A DNA stretch of 64,000 bases, taken from positions 16,058,001 to 16,122,000 of the forward strand of contig JBNRSN020000018.1 of the NCBI GenBank assembly GCA_051313645.2, written 5' to 3'. The notes beneath the pieces are model-generated. The model was given only the letters and a program-made list of their open reading frames with translations. It ran no database searches and had not been told where the DNA came from. This stretch comes from Centroscyllium fabricii (Eukaryota). Of this stretch, positions 24,901-40,000 are shown one piece after another. Position 1 is the first letter of the stretch, and every line of letters starts with the position of its first letter. A program made the position numbers and the translations under genes.

Positions 24901-26813
24901 TGTAACAACTGTGTGTAATAACTGTGTGCAATGACTGTGTGTAATGAAAATGCATAATGATTGTGTGTAATGACTGTGAGTAATGATTGTGTTTAGTGAC
25001 TGTGTAATGAGTGTGTGTAATGACTATGTGTAATGAATGTGTGTAATGAGTGTGTGTAACGACTGCGTGTAATGACTGTGCATAACGATTGTGCATAATG
25101 ACTGTGTGTAATGACTGTGAGTAATGAATGTGTGTAATAAGTGTGTGTAATGATTGTGAGTGATGACTGTGTGTAATGACTGTGCATAATGACTGTGTGT
25201 AATGACTGTGAGTAACGACTGTGAGTAATGACTGTGAGTAATGACTGTGCGTAATAACTGTGCATAACAACTGCGCAAAATGAGTGTGCATAATGATTGT
25301 GTGTAATGACTGTGCATATTGACTGTGAGTAACAACTGTGCGACACGACTATGTGTAATGAATGTGCATAATGACTGGAGAAATAACTGTGTTTAGCGAC
25401 TGTGTGTAACGACTGTGTGTAATAACTGTTTGTAATGACTGCGTAATGACTGTGTGTACTAACTGTGTGTAATGACTGTATGTACTGACTGTGTGTAATG
25501 AGTGTGTTTAATGACTGTGAGTAATAACTGTGTTTAGTGACTGTGTAATGTGTGTGTAATGACTGTGTGTAACAAATGTGTGTAATGAGTGTGTGCAATG
25601 ACTGTGTTATGACTGTGCGTAACGACTGTGAGTCACAAATGTGTGTAATACATGTGTGTAATGATTGTGAGTAATGACTGTGTGTAATGACTGTGAGCAA
25701 CAACTGTGAGTAATGAATGTGAGAAACTACTTTGTGTAACGGTCATGTGCAATGACTGTGCATAACGACTGTGCATAACAACTGTGTGTAATGATTGTGT
25801 GTAATGATTGTGCTTAATGATTGTGCATAATGACTGTGCATAACGACTGTGCATAATGATAGTACGTAACAGCTGTGAGTAACGAGTGTGCGGAATGACT
25901 ATGCATAACAATTGTGTGGAACGATTGTGTGTAAAGCCTGTGCATAATTACTGTGTTTAATGACTGTGCATAATGACTGTGTGTAATGACTGTGAGTAAT
26001 GACTGTATGTAATGACTGTATGTAATGGCTGTGCATAACGAATGTAAGTAACGACTGTGCGTAACAACTGTGTAATGACTGTGCGTAACAACTGTGTGTA
26101 AAGACTGTGCATAACGAATGTGTGTAATGATTGTGAGTAATGAATGTGTGTAATAAGTGTGTGTAACAATTGTGAGTAATAACTGTGCATAATGACTGTG
26201 AGTAATGACTGTGTGTAATGACCTGTGAGTAACGACTGAGTAATGACTGTGATTAACGACTGTGAGTAACGACTGTGTGTAATAACTGTGGGTAATGCCT
26301 GTGAGTAATGACTGTGTGTACCAACTCTGCAAAACAACTGTGCATAATGAGTGCGTGTAATGATTGTGTGTAATGACTGTGCATAACGACTGTGAGTAAC
26401 GATTGTGTGTAACGACTTTGTGTAATGACTGTGCATGATGACTGTGCATAACAACTGTGAATAACGATTGTGTGTAATGAGTGTATGTATTAACTGTGAG
26501 TAACAACTGTGCGACACAACTATGTGTAATGACTGGATTAACGACTGTGTTTAATGACTGTGTGTAATGACTGTGTGTAATAACTGCGTGTAATGACTGC
26601 ATAATGTCTGTGTGTAATAACTGTGTGCAATGACTGTGTGTAATGAATGTGCATTAAATTGTGTGTAATGACTGTGAGTAATGACTGTGTTTAGTGACTG
26701 TGTAATGAGTGTGTGTAATGAGTGTGTGTAACCACTGCGTGTAATGACTATGCGTAACGACTGTGCATAATGACTGTGTGTAATGACTGTGAGTGACAAA
26801 TGTGTGTAATAAG

Positions 26814-27020
26814 TGTGGTAATATTGAATAGACTTCCGGGGAAGGCTAAGGGGTGAACTCTGTATATGTCACTTCCTGTTTTCTATTAGTATAAATACTG
26901 GAACTGCTCAGTATGGGGGAACGCTTCACCTGGAAGCATGGTAAAACCTGTCTTTGTACATAGTGATAATGTAGTGGATTGCTTTAAGTTGTTGATGTAT
27001 CAGACTCCATTATTACATCA
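26814..27020 (+). mobile_element. 207-bp solo-LTR-like insert, copy 4
   Basis: Same sequence and flanks as copy 1. Confidence 0.8.
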
Positions 27021-30000
27021 ATAAGTGTGTGTAATGATTGTGACTAATGACTGTGTCTAATGACTGTGCGTAATGACTGTGTGTAATGACTGTGAGTAAT
27101 GATTGTGCATACCGACTGTGAGTAATGACTGAGTAACAACTGTGCGTAATAACTGTGCATAACAACTGCGCAAAATGAGTGTGCATATTGATTGTGTGTA
27201 ATGACTGTGTGTAACGACTGTGAGTAACAATTGTGTGTAATGACTTTGTGTAATGACTGTGCATGATGACTGTGCATAACGACTGTGAATAACGATTGTG
27301 TGTAATGACTGTGTGTATTGACTGTGAGTAACAACTGTGCAACACGACTATGTGTAATGACTGTGCATAATGACTGGAGAAACAACTGTGTTTAGCGACT
27401 GTGTGTAATGACTATGTGTAATAACCGTGTGTAATGACTGCATAATGACTGTGTGTAATAACTGTGTGTAATGACTGTATGTACTGACTGTGTGTAATGA
27501 GTGTGTGTAAAGACTGTGAGTAATGACTGTGTTTAGTGACTGTGTAATGAGTGTGTGTAATGACTTTATGTAACAAATGTGTGTAATGAGTGTGTGTAAC
27601 AACTGTGTAATGACTGTTCGTAATGACTGTGAGTAACGAATGTGTGTAATAAGTGTGTGTAATGATTGTGAGTAATGACTGTGCCTAACAACTGTGAGTA
27701 ATGACTGTGTGTAATGATTGTGAGTGACGACTGTGAGTAATGACTGTGACTAATGACTGTGAGTAATGATTGTGTGTACCGACTGTGAGTAATGACTGTG
27801 AGTAATGACTGTGCGTAATAAATATGGGTAATGCCTGTGAGTAATGACTGTGTGTACCAACTGTGCATAACAACTGTGCATAATGAGTATGCATAACAAT
27901 TGTGTGTAACAACTGTGTGTAACGACTGTGAGTAATGATTGTGTGTAACGACTTTGTGTCGTGACTGTGCATGACGAGTGTACATAACGACTGTGAATAA
28001 CAATTGTGTGTAATGACTGCATATTGACTGTGAGTAACAACTGTCAACGCAACTATGTATAATGACTGTGCATAACGACTGGAGTAACGATTGTGTTTAA
28101 TGACTGTGTGTAATAACTGTGTGTAATGACTGCGTAATGACTGTGTGTAATAACTGTGTGCAATGACTGTGTGTAATGACTGTGTGTAACGATTGTGCAT
28201 AATGACTGTGCATAATGACTGAGTAACGACTGTGCGTAATGACTGTGAGTAATAATTGTGTGTAACAACTTTGTGTAATGACTGTGCATGATGACTGTGC
28301 ATAACGACTGTGAATAATGATTGTGTGTAATGACTGTGTGTAATGACTGTGCGTAATGACTGTGTGTAATGATTGTGTAATGACTGTGGGTAACGACTGT
28401 GTGTAATGACTGTGTGTATTGACTGTGCATAATAACTGTGCATAACGACTGTGTAATGACTGTGGGTAATGACTGTGAGTAATGTCTGTGTAACAAATGT
28501 GTGTAATGAATGTGAGTAATGATGGTGTGTAATGATTGTGAGTAATGACTGTGTGTAATGAATGTGTGTAACGAATGTGCATAACAACTGTGAGTAATGA
28601 CTGTGAGTAACGATTGTGTGTAATGACTGTGCATAATGACTGCGTAACGACTGTGGGTAACGACTGTGTGTAACGACTGTGTGTAACGACTGTGTGTATT
28701 GACTGTGCGTAATGACTGTGCATAACATCTGTGTAATGACTGTGGGTAATGACTGTGAGTAATGTCTGTGATTAACAACTGCGTAACAAATGTGTGTAAT
28801 GATTGTGAGTAATGACTGTGTGTAATGACTGTGAGTAATGATTGTGTGTAATGACTGTGTATAATGACTGTGTGTAATGGCTGTGTGTAATGACTGTGCA
28901 CAACAGCTGTGCATAATGACTGTGAGTAACAACTGTGTGTAATGACAGAGAGTAACGATGGTGTGTAACAGCTGTGAGTAATGACTGTGAGCAACGATGG
29001 TGTGTAATGAATGTGAGTAACTATTATGTGTAACGATCATGTGTAATGACTGTGCATAACAACTGTGTGTAATGACTGTGTAATGATTGTGCTTAATGAC
29101 TGTGCATAATGACTGTGCATAACAACTGTGCATAATGACTGTGCATAATGATTTTACGTAACAACTGTGAGAAATGAGTGTGCGGAATGACTATGCATAA
29201 TGATTGTGTGGAATGATTGTGTGTAATGTCTGTGCATAATGACTGTGTTTAATGACTGTGCATAATGACTGTGTGTAATGACTGTGAGTAATGACTGTGT
29301 GTAATGACTGTGTGCAATGACTGTGCATAATGACTGTGAGTAACGACTGCACGTAACAACTGTGTAATGGCCGTGCGTAACAACTGTGCGTAAAGACTGT
29401 GCATAATGACTGTGCGTAATGACCATGCATATTGACTGTGCATAATGATGTGTGTAATGACTGTGAGCAATGAATGTGTGTAATAAGTGTGTGTAACAAT
29501 TGTGAGTAATGACTGTGCATAACGACTGTGAGTAATGACTGTGTGTAATGACTGTGAGTAACAACTGTGAGTAATGACTGTGCATAATAACTGTGGGTAA
29601 TGACTGTGAGTAATGACTGTGAGTAATGACTGTGAGTAATGACTGTGCATAATAACTGTGGGTAATGACTGTGAGTAAGGACTGTGTGTACCAACTGTGC
29701 ATAACAATTGCACATAATGAGTGTCTGTAACGATTGTGTGTAATGACTGTGCATAATGACTGTGAGTAATGATTGTGTGTAACGACTTTGTGTAATGACT
29801 GTGAGTAACGATTGTGTGTAACGACTTTGTGTAATGACTGTGCATGACGACTGTGCATAACAACTGTGAATAACGATTGTGTGTAATGACTGTGTGTATT
29901 AACTGTGAGTAACAGCTGTGTGACACGACTATGGGTAATGACTGTGCATAATGACTGGAGTAATGACTGTGTGTAACAACTGTGTGTAATAACTGTGTGC

Positions 30001-31936
30001 AATGACTGTGTGTAATGAAAATGCATAATGATTGTGTGTAATGACTGTGAGTAATGATTGTGTTTGGTGACTGTGTAATGAGTGTGTGTAATGACTATGT
30101 GTAATGAATGTGTGTAATGAGTGTGTGTAACGACTGCGTGTAATGACTGTGCATAACGATTGTGCATAATGACTGTGTGTAATGACTGTGAGTAATGAAT
30201 GTGTGTAATAAGTGTGTGTAATGATTGTGAGTGATGACTGTGTGTAATGACTGTGCATAATGACTGTGTGTAATGACTGTGAGTAACGACTGTGAGTAAT
30301 GACTGTGAGTAATGACTGTGAGTAATGATTGTGCATACCGACTGTGAGTAATGACTGTGAGTAATGACTGTGCGTAATAACTGTGCATAACAACTGCGCA
30401 AAATGAGTGTGCATAATGATTGTGTGTAATGACTGTGCATATTGACTGTGAGTAACAACTGTGTGACACGACTATGTGTAATGAATGTGCATAATGACTG
30501 GAGAAATAACTGTGTTTAGTGACTGTGTGTAACGACTGTGTGTAATAACTGTTTGTAATGACTGCGTAATGACTGTGTGTACTAACTGTGTGTAATGACT
30601 GTATGTACTGACTGTGTGTAATGAGTGTGTTTAATGACTGTGAGTAATAACTGTGTTTAGTGACTGTGTAATGTGTGTGTAATGACTGTGTGTAACAAAT
30701 GTGTGTAATGAGTGTGTGCAATGACTGTGTTATGACTGTGCGTAACGACTGTGAGTCACAAATGTGTGTAATACATGTGTGTAATGATTGTGAGTAATGA
30801 CTGTGTGTAATGACTGTGAGCAACAACTGTGAGTAATGGATGTGAGAAACTACTTTGTGTAACGGTCATGTGCAATGACTGTGCATAACGACTGTGCATA
30901 ACAACTGTGTGTAATGATTGTGTGTAATGATTGTGCTTAATGATTGTGCATAATGACTGTGCATAACGACTGTGCATAATGATAGTACGTAACAGCTGTG
31001 AGTAACGAGTGTGCGGAATGACTATGCATAACAATTGTGTGGAACGATTGTGTGTAATGCCTGTGCATAATTACTGTGTTTAATGACTGTGCATAATGAC
31101 TGTGTGTAATGACTGTGAGTAATGACTGTATGTAATGACTGTATGTAATGGCTGTGCATAACGAATGTAAGTAACGACTGTGCGTAACAACTGTGTAATG
31201 ACTGTGCGTAACAACTGTGTGTAAAGACTGTGCATAACGAATGTGTGTAATGATTGTGAGTAACGAATGTGTGTAATAAGTGTGTGTAACAATTGTGAGT
31301 AATAACTGTGCATAATGACTGTGAGTAATGACTGTGTGTAATGACCTGTGAGTAACGACTGAGTAATGACTGTGAGTAACGACTGTGAGTAACGACTGTG
31401 TGTAATAACTGTGGGTAATGCCTGTGAGTAATGACTGTGTGTACCAACTCTGCAAAACAACTGTGCATAATGAGTGCGTGTAATGATTGTGTGTAATGAC
31501 TGTGCATAACGACTGTGAGTAACGATTGTGTGTAACGACTTTGTGTAATGACTGTGCATGATGACTGTGCATAACAACTGTGAATAACGATTGTGTGTAA
31601 TGAGTGTATGTATTAACTGTGAGTAACAACTGTGCGACACGACTATGTGTAATGACTAGATTAACGACTGTGTTTAATGACTGTGTGTAATGACTGTTTG
31701 TAATAACTGCGTGTAATGACTGCATAATGACTGTGTGTAATAACTGTGTGCAATGACTGTGTGTAATGAATGTGCATTAAATTGTGTGTAATGACTGTGA
31801 GTAATGACTGTGTTTAGTGACTGTGTAATGAGTGTGTGTAATGAGTGTGTGTAACCACTGCGTGTAATGACTATGCGTAACGACTGTGCATAATGACTGT
31901 GTGTAATGACTGTGAGTGACAAATGTGTGTAATAAG

Positions 31937-32143
31937 TGTGGTAATATTGAATAGACTTCCGGGGAAGGCTAAGGGGTGAACTCTGTATATGTCACTTCCT
32001 GTTTTCTATTAGTATAAATACTGGAACTGCTCAGTATGGGGGAACGCTTCACCTGGAAGCATGGTAAAACCTGTCTTTGTACATAGTGATAATGTAGTGG
32101 ATTGCTTTAAGTTGTTGATGTATCAGACTCCATTATTACATCA
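31937..32143 (+). mobile_element. 207-bp solo-LTR-like insert, copy 5
   Basis: Same sequence and flanks as copy 1. Confidence 0.8.
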
Positions 32144-35100
32144 ATAAGTGTGTGTAATGATTGTGACTAATGACTGTGTCTAATGACTGTGCGTAATGAC
32201 TGTGTGTAATGACTGTGAGTAATGATTGTGCATACCGACTGTGAGTAATGACTGAGTAACAACTGTGCGTAATAACTGTGCATAACAACTGCGCAAAATG
32301 AGTGTGCATATTGATTGTGTGTAATGACTGTGTGTAACGACTGTGAGTAACAATTGTGTGTAATGACTTTGTGTAATGACTGTGCATGATGACTGTGCAT
32401 AACGACTGTGAATAACGATTGTGTGTAATGACTGTGTGTATTGACTGTGAGTAACAACTGTGCAACACGACTATGTGTAATGACTGTGCATAATGACTGG
32501 AGAAACAACTGTGTTTAGCGACTGTGTGTAATGACTATGTGTAATAACCGTGTGTAATGACTGCATAATGACTGTGTGTAATAACTGTGTGTAATGACTG
32601 TATGTACTGACTGTGTGTAATGAGTGTGTGTAAAGACTGTGAGTAATGACTGTGTTTAGTGACTGTGTAATGAGTGTGTGTAATGACTTTATGTAACAAA
32701 TGTGTGTAATGAGTGTGTGTAACAACTGTGTAATGACTGTTCGTAATGACTGTGAGTAACGAATGTGTGTAATAAGTGTGTGTAATGATTGTGAGTAATG
32801 ACTGTGCCTAACAACTGTGAGTAATGACTGTGTGTAATGATTGTGAGTGACGACTGTGAGTAATGACTGTGACTAATGACTGTGAGTAATGATTGTGTGT
32901 ACCGACTGTGAGTAATGACTGTGAGTAATGACTGTGCGTAATAAATATGGGTAATGCCTGTGAGTAATGACTGTGTGTACCAACTGTGCATAACAACTGT
33001 GCATAATGAGTATGCATAACAATTGTGTGTAACAACTGTGTGTAACGACTGTGAGTAATGATTGTGTGTAACGACTTTGTGTCGTGACTGTGCATGATGA
33101 GTGTACATAACGACTGTGAATAACAATTGTGTGTAATGACTGCATATTGACTGTGAGTAACAACTGTCAACGCAACTATGTATAATGACTGTGCATAACG
33201 ACTGGAGTAACGATTGTGTTTAATGACTGTGTGTAATAACTGTGTGTAATGACTGCGTAATGACTGTGTGTAATAACTGTGTGCAATGACTGTGTGTAAT
33301 GACTGTGGGTAACGACTGTGTGTAATGACTGTGTGTATTGACTGTGCATAATAACTGTGCATAACGACTGTGTAATGACTGTGGGTAATGACTGTGAGTA
33401 ATGTCTGTGTAACAAATGTGTGTAATGAATGTGAGTAATGATGGTGTGTAATGATTGTGAGTAATGACTGTGTGTAATGAATGTGTGTAACGAATGTGCA
33501 TAACAACTGTGAGTAATGACTGTGAGTAACGATTGTGTGTAATGACTGTGCATAATGACTGCGTAACGACTGTGGGTAACGACTGTGTGTAACGACTGTG
33601 TGTATTGACTGTGCGTAATGACTGTGCATAACATCTGTGTAATGACTGTGGGTAATGACTGTGAGTAATGTCTGTGATTAACAACTGCGTAACAAATGTG
33701 TGTAATGATTGTGAGTAATGACTGTGTGTAATGACTGTGAGTAATGATTGTGTGTAATGACTGTGTATAATGACTGTGTGTAATGGCTGTGTGTAATGAC
33801 TGTGCACAACAGCTGTGCATAATGACTGTGAGTAACAACTGTGTGTAATGACAGAGAGTAACGATGGTGTGTAACAGCTGTGAGTAATGACTGTGAGCAA
33901 CGATGGTGTGTAATGAATGTGAGTAACTATTATGTGTAACGATCATGTGTAATGACTGTGCATAACAACTGTGTGTAATGACTGTGTAATGATTGTGCTT
34001 AATGACTGTGCATAATGACTGTGCATAACAACTGTGCATAATGACTGTGCATAATGATTTTACGTAACAACTGTGAGAAATGAGTGTGCGGAATGACTAT
34101 GCATAATGATTGTGTGGAATGATTGTGTGTAATGTCTGTGCATAATGACTGTGTTTAATGACTGTGCATAATGACTGTGTGTAATGACTGTGAGTAATGA
34201 CTGTGTGTAATGACTGTGTGCAATGACTGTGCATAATGACTGTGAGTAACGACTGCACGTAATGACTGTGTAATGGCCGTGCGTAACAACTGTGCGTAAA
34301 GACTGTGCATAATGACTGTGCGTAATGACCATGCATATTGACTGTGCATAATGATGTGTGTAATGACTGTGAGCAATGAATGTGTGTAATAAGTGTGTGT
34401 AACAATTGTGAGTAATGACTGTGCATAATGACCGTGAGTAATGACTGTGTGTAATGACTGTGAGTAACAACTGTGAGTAATGACTGTGCATAATAACTGT
34501 GGGTAATGACTGTGAGTAATGACTGTGAGTAATGACTGTGAGTAATGACTGTGCATAATAACTGTGGGTAATGACTGTGAGTAAGGACTGTGTGTACCAA
34601 CTGTGCATAACAATTGCACATAATGAGTGTCTGTAACGATTGTGTGTAATGACTGTGCGTAATGACTGTGAGTAATGATTGTGTGTAACGACTTTGTGTA
34701 ATGACTGTGAGTAACGATTGTGTGTAACGACTTTGTGTAATGACTGTGCATGACGACTGTGCATAACAACTGTGAATAACGATTGTGTGTAATGACTGTG
34801 TGTATTAACTGTGAGTAACAGCTGTGTGACACGACTATGGGTAATGACTGTGCATAATGACTGGAGTAATGACTGTGTGTAACAACTGTGTGTAATAACT
34901 GTGTGCAATGACTGTGTGTAATGAAAATGCATAATGATTGTGTGTAATGACTGTGAGTAATGATTGTGTTTAGTGACTGTGTAATGAGTGTGTGTAATGA
35001 CTATGTGTAATGAATGTGTGTAATGAGTGTGTGTAATGACTGCGTGTAATGACTGTGCATAACGATTGTGCATAATGACTGTGTGTAATGACTGTGAGTA

Positions 35101-36842
35101 ATGAATGTGTGTAATAAGTGTGTGTAATGATTGTGAGTGATGACTGTGTGTAATGACTGTGCATAATGACTGTGTGTAATGACTGTGAGTAACGACTGTG
35201 AGTAATGACTGTGAGTAATGACTGTGAGTAATGATTGTGCATACCGACTGTGAGTAATGACTGTGAGTAATGACTGTGCGTAATAACTGTGCATAACAAC
35301 TGCGCAAAATGAGTGTGCATAATGATTGTGTGTAATGACTGTGCATATTGACTGTGAGTAACAACTGTGCGACACGACTATGTGTAATGAATGTGCATAA
35401 TGACTGGAGAAATAACTGTGTTTAGCGACTGTGTGTAACGACTGTGTGTAATAACTGTTTGTAATGACTGCGTAATGACTGTGTGTACTAACTGTGTGTA
35501 ATGACTGTATGTACTGACTGTGTGTAATGAGTGTGTTTAATGACTGTGAGTAATAACTGTGTTTAGTGACTGTGTAATGTGTGTGTAATGACTGTGTGTA
35601 ACAAATGTGTGTAATGAGTGTGTGCAATGACTGTGTTATGACTGTGCGTAACGACTGTGAGTCACAAATGTGTGTAATACATGTGTGTAATGATTGTGAG
35701 TAATGACTGTGTGTAATGACTGTGAGCAACAACTGTGAGTAATGAATGTGAGAAACTACTTTGTGTAACGGCCATGTGCAATGACTGTGCATAACGACTG
35801 TGCATAACAACTGTGTGTAATGATTGTGTGTAATGATTGTGCTTAATGATTGTGCATAATGACTGTGCATAACGACTGTGCATAATGATAGTACGTAACA
35901 GCTGTGAGTAACGAGTGTGCGGAATGACTATGCATAACAATTGTGTGGAATGATTGTGTGTAATGCCTGTGCATAATTACTGTGTTTAATGACTGTGCAT
36001 AATGACTGTGTGTAATGACTGTGAGTAATGACTGTATGTAATGACTGTATGTAATGGCTGTGCATAACGAATGTAAGTAACGACTGTGCGTAACAACTGT
36101 GTAATGACTGTGCGTAACAACTGTGTGTAAAGACTGTGCATAACGAATGTGTGTAATGATTGTGAGTAATGAATGTGTGTAATAAGTGTGTGTAACAATT
36201 GTGAGTAATAACTGTGCATAATGACTGTGAGTAATGACTGTGTGTAATGACCTGTGAGTAACGACTGAGTAATGACTGTGAGTAATGACTGTGAGTAACG
36301 ACTGTGTGTAATAACTGTGGGTAATGCCTGTGAGTAATGACTGTGTGTACCAACTCTGCAAAACAACTGTGCATAATGAGTGCGTGTAATGATTGTGTGT
36401 AATGACTGTGCATAACGACTGTGAGTAACGATTGTGTGTAACGACTTTGTGTAATGACTGTGCATGATGACTGTGCATAACAACTGTGAATAACGATTGT
36501 GTGTAATGAGTGTATGTATTAACTGTGAGTAACAACTGTGCGACACGACTATATGTAATGACTAGATTAACGACTGTGTTTAATGACTGTGTGTAATGAC
36601 TGTGTGTAATAACTGCGTGTAATGACTGCATAATGACTGTGTGTAATAACTGTGTGCAATGACTGTGTGTAATGAATGTGCATTAAATTGTGTGTAATGA
36701 CTGTGAGTAATGACTGTGTTTAGTGACTGTGTAATGAGTGTGTGTAATGAGTGTGTGTAACCACTGCATGTAATGACTATGCGTAACGACTGTGCATAAT
36801 GACTGTGTGTAATGACTGTGAGTGACAAATGTGTGTAATAAG

Positions 36843-37049
36843 TGTGGTAATATTGAATAGACTTCCGGGGAAGGCTAAGGAGTGAACTCTGTATATGTCA
36901 CTTCCTGTTTTCTATTAGTATAAATACTGGAACTGCTCAGTATGGGGGAACGCTTCACCTGGAAGCATGGTAAAACCTGTCTTTGTACATAGTGATAATG
37001 TAGTGGATTGCTTTAAGTTGTTGATGTATCAGACTCCATTATTACATCA
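36843..37049 (+). mobile_element. 207-bp solo-LTR-like insert, copy 6 (one G>A at 36881)
   Basis: Same as copy 1 except CTAAGGAGTG in place of CTAAGGGGTG. Confidence 0.8.
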
Positions 37050-40000
37050 ATAAGTGTGTGTAATGATTGTGACTAATGACTGTGTCTAATGACTGTGCGT
37101 AATGACTGTGTGTAATGACTGTGAGTAATGATTGTGCATACCGACTGTGAGTAATGACTGAGTAACAACTGTGTGTAATAACTGTGCATAACAACTGCGC
37201 AAAATGAGTGTGCATATTGATTGTGTGTAATGACTGTGTGTAACGACTGTGAGTAACAATTGTGTGTAATGACTTTGTGTAATGACTGTGCAGGATGACT
37301 GTGCATAACGACTGTGAATAACGATTGTGTGTAATGACTGTGTGTATTGACTGTGAGTAACAACTGTGCAACACGACTATGTGTAATGACTGTGCATAAT
37401 GACTGGAGAAACAACTGTGTTTAGCGACTGTGTGTAATGACTATGTGTAATAACCGTGTGTAATGACTGCATAATGACTGTGTGTAATAACTGTGTGTAA
37501 TGACTGTATGTACTGACTGTGTGTAATGAGTGTGTGTAAAGACTGTGAGTAATGACTGTGTTTAGTGACTGTGTAATGAGTGTGTGTAATGACTTTATGT
37601 AACAAATGTGTGTAATGAGTGTGTGTAACAACTGTGTAATGACTGTTCGTAATGACTGTGAGTAACGAATGTGTGTAATAAGTGTGTGTAATGATTGTGA
37701 GTAATGACTGTGCCTAACAACTGTGAGTAATGACTGTGTGTAATGATTGTGAGTGACGACTGTGAGTAATGACTGTGACTAATGACTGTGAGTAATGATT
37801 GTGTGTACCGACTGTGAGTAATGACTGTGAGTAATGACTGTGCGTAATAAATATGGGTAATGCCTGTGAGTAATGACTGTGTGTACCAACTGTGCATAAC
37901 AACTGTGCATAATGAGTATGCATAACAATTGTGTGTAACAACTGTGTGTAACAACTGTGAGTAATGATTGTGTGTAACGACTTTGTGTCGTGACTGTGCA
38001 TGACGAGTGTACATAACGACTGTGAATAACAATTGTGTGTAATGACTGCATATTGACTGTGAGTAACAACTGTCAACGCAACTATGTATAATGACTGTGC
38101 ATAACGACTGGAGTAACGATTGTGTTTAATGACTGTGTGTAATAGCTGTGTGTAATGACTGCGTAATGACTGTGTGTAATAACTGTGTGCAATGACTGTG
38201 TGTAATGACTGTGTGTAACGATTGTGCATAATGACTGTGCATAATGACTGAGTAACGACTGTGCGTAATGACTGTGAGTAATAATTGTGTGTAACAACTT
38301 TGTGTAATGACTGTGCATGATGACTGTGCATAACGACTGTGAATAATGATTGTGTGTAATGACTGTGTGTAATGACTGTGCGTAATGACTGTGTGTAATG
38401 ATTGTGTAATGACTGTGGGTAACGACTGTGTGTAATGACTGTGTGTATTGACTGTGCATAATAACTGTGCATAACGACTGTGTAATGACTGTGGGTAATG
38501 ACTGTGAGTAATGTCTGTGTAACAAATGTGTGTAATGAATGTGAGTAATGATGGTGTGTAATGATTGTGAGTAATGACTGTGTGTAATGAATGTGTGTAA
38601 CGAATGTGCATAACAACTGTGAGTAATGACTGTGAGTAACGATTGTGTGTAATGACTGTGCATAATGACTGCGTAACGACTGTGGGTAACGACTGTGTGT
38701 AACGACTGTGTGTAACGACTGTGTGTATTGACTGTGCGTAATGACTGTGCATAACATCTGTGTAATGACTGTGGGTAATGACTGTGAGTAATGTCTGTGA
38801 TTAACAACTGCGTAACAAATGTGTGTAATGATTGTGAGTAATGACTGTGTGTAATGACTGTGAGTAATGATTGTGTGTAATGACTGTGTATAATGACTGT
38901 GTGTAATGGCTGTGTGTAATGACTGTGCACAACAGCTGTGCATAATGACTGTGAGTAACAACTGTGTGTAATGACAGAGAGTAACGATGGTGTGTAACAG
39001 CTGTGAGTAATGACTGTGAGCAACGATGGTGTGTAATGAATGTGAGTAACTATTATGTGTAACGATCATGTGTAATGACTGTGCATAACAACTGTGTGTA
39101 ATGACTGTGTAATGATTGTGCTTAATGACTGTGCATAATGACTGTGCATAACAACTGTGCATAATGACTGTGCATAATGATTTTATGTAACAACTGTGAG
39201 AAATGAGTGTGCGGAATGACTATGCATAATGATTGTGTGGAATGATTGTGTGTAATGTCTGTGCATAATGACTGTGTTTAATGACTGTGCATAATGACTG
39301 TGTGTAATGACTGTGAGTAATGACTGTGTGTAATGACTGTGTGCAATGACTGTGCATAATGACTGTGAGTAACGACTGCACGTAATGACTGTGTAATGGC
39401 CGTGCGTAACAACTGTGCGTAAAGACTGTGCATAATGACTGTGCGTAATGACCATGCATATTGACTGTGCATAATGATGTGTGTAATGACTGTGAGCAAT
39501 GAATGTGTGTAATAAGTGTGTGTAACAATTGTGAGTAATGACTGTGCATAACGACTGTGAGTAATGACTGTGTGTAATGACTGTGAGTAACAACTGTGAG
39601 TAATGACTGTGCATAATAACTGTGGGTAATGACTGTGAGTAATGACTGTGAGTAATGACTGTGAGTAATGACTGTGCATAATAACTGTGGGTAATGACTG
39701 TGAGTAAGGACTGTGTGTACCAACTGTGCATAACAATTGCACATAATGAGTGTCTGTAACGATTGTGTGTAATGACTGTGCGTAATGACTGTGAGTAATG
39801 ATTGTGTGTAACGACTTTGTGTAATGACTGTGAGTAACGATTGTGTGTAACGACTTTGTGTAATGACTGTGCATGACGACTGTGCATAACAACTGTGAAT
39901 AACGATTGTGTGTAATGACTGTGTGTATTAACTGTGAGTAACAGCTGTGTGACACGACTATGGGTAATGACTGTGCATAATGACTGGAGTAATGACTGTG